Source of the DNA: Hyphomonas sp.
Lineage (GTDB): Bacteria > Pseudomonadota > Alphaproteobacteria > Caulobacterales > Hyphomonadaceae
Reading direction: 5' to 3'
DNA: 50,825 nucleotides
NCBI RefSeq assembly: GCF_040882205.1
Contig: NZ_JBBEBT010000368.1
Span: 1-50,825, forward strand
The notes beneath the pieces are model-generated. The model saw only the letters and a program-made list of their open reading frames with translations, was not told the origin of the DNA and did not search any database. Below are positions 46,671 to 50,825 of the stretch, in pieces. The first letter of the stretch is position 1, and every line of letters starts with the position of its first letter. Position numbers and translations under genes: made by a program.

Positions 46671-47801
46671 TCAACTCTCCGTGAGGCTGCGCCTCTCTTC
46701 AGCCATGTAGGAAGCCGAGCGCATCTCGAAAAGGCGGCTGGCTGTGCGCTGGAACTCGAAGGCGCCGTCACCGTCGGGATAGAGGCGATCGGGTTCGGCG
46801 GCGGCGCTGGCGACGAGTTTCACACGCGCCTCGTAGAGGGCATCGATCAGGCTGACGAAGCGGGCGGCCTCATTGCGCCGGTCGGGGGTGAGCAGGGGGA
46901 TGCCTTCCAGGATCACCGTGTGGAAAGTCGCGGCGATGGTCAGGTAGTCAATGGAGCCTAGGGGGCGGGCGCAGAGTTCCCCGAAGGTGAAACGGGCGAC
47001 GCCGGCGGCTTCGCGCGCCACCTCCAGCCTGCGGCCCTTGACCGTCAGCACGCAATGCTGCGGCTCGGCGCCGAGTGTCAGGCGCGTCCAGGCCATGTCG
47101 AGGGCGGCCCTGCTGCCCTGGCCGAGCGGGGCATACCAGACCGGCGCCTCGACGAGCCGGTCCAGCCGGTAGTCGCGCGCCGAGATAAGTTCAAACACCT
47201 CGCAGCGTTCCTTCAGCCGTTCGATGAAGGGCAGGAACAGCGCTCGGTTGATGCCGTCCTTGTACAGATCTTCGGGCTTTCTGTTGGATGTGGCAACCAC
47301 CGTCACACCATGCGCAAACACAGCCTCGAACAGGCGCGCGAGGATCATTGCATCGGCAATCTGGGTGACCTGGAACTCGTCGAAGCACAGGAGGCGCGCT
47401 TCGCTGGCGATCTGTCTGGCAACCGGCGCGATGGGATCATCGCCCGCACCGCTGACGCGCCAGGGCGAGCGTTTGCGGTCCGCCTCGCTCATCTTGCGCC
47501 AGACATCCAGACGTTCGTGCACCTCGGCCATGAATTCGTGGAAATGGACGCGCCGCTTGGGCGAGGTTTTCGCCTCGGCGAAGAAGAGGTCCATCAGCAT
47601 CGACTTGCCGCGCCCGACGCCGCCCCAGAGATAGAGGCCGCGCGGCGCTTGCGGCGCCTTGCTGAAGAAGCTGCGCTTTGGCGGGCGGGCAAGGATGAGG
47701 GCGAGTTCGTCCAGCCGGCTGGCGGCATCGGCCTGCGCGGGATCGTCCGTCAGCGCGCCGCTGGCTACACGTTCGTCATATCGTGCCCGGACATTTCCCA
47801 T
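46671..47801 (-). CDS. zapE: Cell division ATPase ZapE (AFG1 family)
   Basis: GLYLWGGVGRGKSMLMDLF, RVHFHEFM, CFDEFQV, TSNR, RFVSLIDALYE, FQRTASRL.EM. Confidence 0.94.
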   Translation of the reverse strand: MGNVRARYDERVASGALTDDPAQADAASRLDELALILARPPKRSFFSKAPQAPRGLYLWGGVGRGKSMLMDLFFAEAKTSPKRRVHFHEFMAEVHERLDVWRKMSEADRKRSPWRVSGAGDDPIAPVARQIASEARLLCFDEFQVTQIADAMILARLFEAVFAHGVTVVATSNRKPEDLYKDGINRALFLPFIERLKERCEVFELISARDYRLDRLVEAPVWYAPLGQGSRAALDMAWTRLTLGAEPQHCVLTVKGRRLEVAREAAGVARFTFGELCARPLGSIDYLTIAATFHTVILEGIPLLTPDRRNEAARFVSLIDALYEARVKLVASAAAEPDRLYPDGDGAFEFQRTASRLFEMRSASYMAEERRSLTES

Positions 47802-47806
47802 ACGGA

Positions 47807-48421
47807 CTAGCCGAACCGTTGAGCCGCTTGCGCGACGAATTCGCCGAAAGTTTCCGGCCGCACCAGAAGCGTCGCGATCACGCCTGCGACGGCGCCGCCG
47901 AGGTGGGCCTCGTGGCCGATGACGCGGTCGGCCCGCATCGAGAAGGCATAGCTCAGCGCCACATACAGGATGCCGAAAACGATGCCCCACATCGGGATAA
48001 CGAAGAAGGCGAGCAGGATCGCGAAGGGCTCAAACAGGCAGAAGGCCATCACCATGCCGGACAGCGCGCCTGACGCCCCGGCGGCGCGGTAGTCCGGAGT
48101 GTTCCGGTTGTGCAGGTAAGCCCAGGCGCTACCGCCCAGAAGCGAGGCGAAATAGACGATGGCGAAACCGACGCCGCCGAGGATGTACTCGCAGATCGGC
48201 CCGAACAGCCAGAGGCCGTACATGTTGAGCAGGAGGTGCGGCCCGTTGACGTGGAGGAAGCCGGAGGACAGCCCCCGATACCACTCGCCCCCGTTCCGCA
48301 TCGGCCGGATCCAGAGGATGTTGTGCTGCATGAAGGCATCGTTGCGGAACGCGATCAGGCTCGCGATGACGTTCAGTACGAGAAGGCCCAGCGTCACGGG
48401 CGAAGCGATGAGGCTGTCCAT
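47807..48421 (-). CDS. Rhomboid family intramembrane serine protease
   Basis: SGFLH...HLLLNM, GASG, HEAHLGGA. Confidence 0.92.
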   Translation of the reverse strand: MDSLIASPVTLGLLVLNVIASLIAFRNDAFMQHNILWIRPMRNGGEWYRGLSSGFLHVNGPHLLLNMYGLWLFGPICEYILGGVGFAIVYFASLLGGSAWAYLHNRNTPDYRAAGASGALSGMVMAFCLFEPFAILLAFFVIPMWGIVFGILYVALSYAFSMRADRVIGHEAHLGGAVAGVIATLLVRPETFGEFVAQAAQRFG

Positions 48422-48455
48422 GCGGGTTACCTTGGCGGGGTGGGCCGGAAACGAC

Positions 48456-48487
48456 AAGCCGCCCGGAAGCATTCTCCCGGGCGGCTT
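48456..48487 (-). terminator. Probable terminator after the response regulator gene
   Basis: AAGCCGCCCGG / CCGGGCGGCTT 11-bp stem, followed on the minus strand by GTCGTTT. Confidence 0.6.
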
Positions 48488-48521
48488 AGCAATCAGGGGT
48501 GGCTGCCTGCAAGGGCGCCTG

Positions 48522-48971
48522 TCAGGCGGCGCGGGCGGGCCGGCCGGCCGGGGCGGCGATGCCGGCGGCAGGCATCAGCTCCATGAAGAAGTCCTCGAAG
48601 GATTCCGGGCGCTGGATGAACCGGTTGAAGGGCAGGTTGGCCTTGAACACGGCCTGCGGATGAATGTTGGCGCCGCAGCGGACGGCCGATGCGACGGCCT
48701 GGTCGCAGTTTTCCATCGAGGAGACGACCGCGATCCGGTATTTGCCCATATTGGCGACGCGGGCGATGGTCATGTCAGCGTCCATCGAGTCAGGCAGGCC
48801 GAGGTCGAGCACGACAAGGTCGAAACGCTCCAGACGCAGGCGCATCTCTGCGGCCATCAGCGTCGGTGCCATCACGAGGTCAACCTGAACGCGTGCGCGG
48901 GCTGCCTTGTCAGCAGCAATGGCCAGCATGTCGCGCACCGGCTCATGATCCTCAACCCACAGAACTTTCAT
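48522..48971 (-). CDS. Single-domain response regulator
   Basis: MKVLWVED, FDLVVLDLGLPD (phospho-Asp), AVVSS, VFK; no output domain. Confidence 0.85.
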   Translation of the reverse strand: MKVLWVEDHEPVRDMLAIAADKAARARVQVDLVMAPTLMAAEMRLRLERFDLVVLDLGLPDSMDADMTIARVANMGKYRIAVVSSMENCDQAVASAVRCGANIHPQAVFKANLPFNRFIQRPESFEDFFMELMPAAGIAAPAGRPARAA

Positions 48972-49216
48972 CTACATCTACCTTCGATCAGGACACTGGC
49001 GGGAGGGCGGAAGCGTTAAGCCGGGCCCCGTTCTGAGTTCACCATGCCATGCGCGTCTTGCACCTTGGTAAAGCGAAACTTTCTGAAGTCTTTAAATTGG
49101 CCCCAAACGCATTTTTTTTGAGGCAGGGGCAATGCGACCTTCCCTTTGCAGCTTTGTGGCCCGGCCCTATGCTGGCGGCTGCGCAGGAGGGGCCGGTCCG
49201 GCCTCGCGGGAGGCCC

Positions 49217-50119
49217 ATGACCGACGATACTGTCACCCCCGCTGCCAAAACCCGGTCCCTCGGGGCGTTCCTGCCCACTGAGGAAGGATCCGGCGCCCAT
49301 ATCGTCGATGTGCTGATCGAAGAACGCTGCCCGAAGCTGCGGGCGAGCCCGGCCTGGACGGTGGCGCGGCCGGTCCTCTACTCGCTGCTGGGCTATGGCA
49401 AGGCGCGGGCGATGGCGGACGATCTGGTGCAGCTGACGGGCCGCGAATCGTTTGACCGGCTATCCCGGCAACTCGCTTTCGACATGACTGTCACCGGTAT
49501 CGACCGGCTGCCGGCAACCGGGCGCTGCATCGTGGCCGCGAATCACCCCACCGGCCTTGCCGACGGGGTCGCCGTCTGGGACCTCCTGAAAAGGAAGCGC
49601 GAGGACATCGTCTTTTTCGCCAATGCCGACGCAATCCGGGTCAATCCGCGTTTCGAGGATGTGATCATCCCGGTCGAATGGGTTGTTTCCAAGCGGTCTC
49701 CCGCAAAGGCGCGCGAAACGCTGAAACGGGCAGCGGAGGCCTTCGCTCAGGAAAAATGCGTCGTCATCTTCCCTTCTGGCCGCCTCGCCCGGAAGGTCGA
49801 GGGGCGGATGGAAGAGAAAGACTGGTTCCCCACCGTCGTCGGCCTCGCCCGCAAGCAGGGCGCGCCGGTCGTCCCGCTGAACCTAGATGCCCGCAATTCG
49901 GTGCTCTATTATCTTTTCTGCGACCTCTCGAACGAGCTGCGCGACATCACGCTGTTCCATGAACTCCTGAACAAGCGCGGCTCGAAGATCCGCATGACCT
50001 TCGGCGAGATGATCCATCCGGACCTGCTGCAGGGCGAGCCGCAGGCGATGACCGACCGGCTGAAACAGCACGTCGCCTACGCGCTTCTGGAGAATGCCGA
50101 CGCGGCCTTCGGCGCCTGA
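49217..50119 (+). CDS. Lysophospholipid/glycerol acyltransferase family protein
   Basis: ANHPTGLADG (HX4D), VIFPSG, VVPL; GGGAGG RBS. Confidence 0.88.
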   Translation: MTDDTVTPAAKTRSLGAFLPTEEGSGAHIVDVLIEERCPKLRASPAWTVARPVLYSLLGYGKARAMADDLVQLTGRESFDRLSRQLAFDMTVTGIDRLPATGRCIVAANHPTGLADGVAVWDLLKRKREDIVFFANADAIRVNPRFEDVIIPVEWVVSKRSPAKARETLKRAAEAFAQEKCVVIFPSGRLARKVEGRMEEKDWFPTVVGLARKQGAPVVPLNLDARNSVLYYLFCDLSNELRDITLFHELLNKRGSKIRMTFGEMIHPDLLQGEPQAMTDRLKQHVAYALLENADAAFGA

Positions 50120-50170
50120 CAGGCGAGGGGTGCTTGCGGCGCGCCCCATTGCGCCCTAGAGGCGCCCGCC

Positions 50171-50662
50171 ATGATCGAGATTGTGCCTGAAAACCCTGCA
50201 CTGCATGCCGAAGCAATCGAAGACCTCTTCGACCGCACCTTCGGCCCGGGCCACTTTGCTAAGACGGCGGAGCGGCTGCGCGAGTATTCGGCCTCGCTTC
50301 CCCAAATCAACCGCGTGGCGGTGGAGGAAGGCCGGGTGATCGGCGTCTGCCGCGTCTGGCCTCTGGTGGTAGGGGAGGCGCGCCGCCCGGCGCTGTTCTA
50401 TGGCCCGGTCGCGGTCGATCCGGCGCACCGGGGCCAGTTCCTCAGCCTGCGCATCACCGAAGCGGCGCTGGAGGCCGGCAAGGCCGCAGGCTGGCCTGCT
50501 GCCATCCTGATCGGCGCGCACAGCCTGTTCGGCAAGGCGGGCTTCAGGGTGGCGCCGAAGCACCGGCTGACCTTCGCCAGCCCGCAGGACCCGGCCCGCG
50601 TCCTGGTGCGCGATCTCGCCGGCGATGCATCCGAGCTCGAAGGCCGCGTCACCGCGCCCTGA
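50171..50662 (+). CDS. GNAT family N-acetyltransferase
   Basis: DRTFGPG.FAKTAERLRE, GPVAVDPAHRG, LIG...F...GF. Confidence 0.88.
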   Translation: MIEIVPENPALHAEAIEDLFDRTFGPGHFAKTAERLREYSASLPQINRVAVEEGRVIGVCRVWPLVVGEARRPALFYGPVAVDPAHRGQFLSLRITEAALEAGKAAGWPAAILIGAHSLFGKAGFRVAPKHRLTFASPQDPARVLVRDLAGDASELEGRVTAP

Positions 50663-50778
50663 GTTTCTCTTGCCCAACCGGAAACCGGCTGGCACCATCG
50701 GCTTCGTTCGCAGTCCTCCCGGTCACAGCTCTCCCGATCAAGAGGGGAGGCGGGTCGGCCTGCGCCGCGGGAGGAAGC

Positions 50779-50825
50779 ATGGCCGATGTCGTCACTGGCC
50801 AGGACGAGCCGCAGCGCCCGCGCAC
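50779..50825 (+). CDS. 5' start of a gene truncated by the window edge
   Basis: GGGAGG RBS, then ATG GCC GAT GTC.. open to the end of the window. Confidence 0.45.
   Translation, partial: MADVVTGQDEPQRPR

Overview
GC-rich alphaproteobacterial chromosome segment. The gene set (ShkA/ShpA/TipN-like proteins, CtrA-type box, maeB-mutS, sucCDAB, rsfS-rlmH, gshB, cysG/cysI/cysH, rpoH, zapE) fits a prosthecate Hyphomonadaceae/Caulobacterales-like organism. Most of the window is housekeeping. The left 6 kb is accessory: the end of a flagellar export cluster (flhA fragment, fliR, flhB, FliJ-like), a TIR + FGE-sulfatase (C-type-lectin fold) gene whose 3' end resembles a diversity-generating retroelement (DGR) variable repeat followed by a GC hairpin, and a heavily decayed dusA-associated tyrosine integrase divergent from a dusA whose AT-rich 5' end looks element-supplied. 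I found no RT, template repeat, CRISPR, rRNA or tRNA. Other notable items are a ShkA-like kinase lacking the DDR motif, a His-to-Asn change in the SucA active-site loop, two probable CUG starts, an unlisted 43-aa membrane ORF, a multi-hairpin intergenic element, a GST inside the sulfate-reduction operon and a candidate LytTR operator. All family calls come from motif recognition by eye; no database searches were run.
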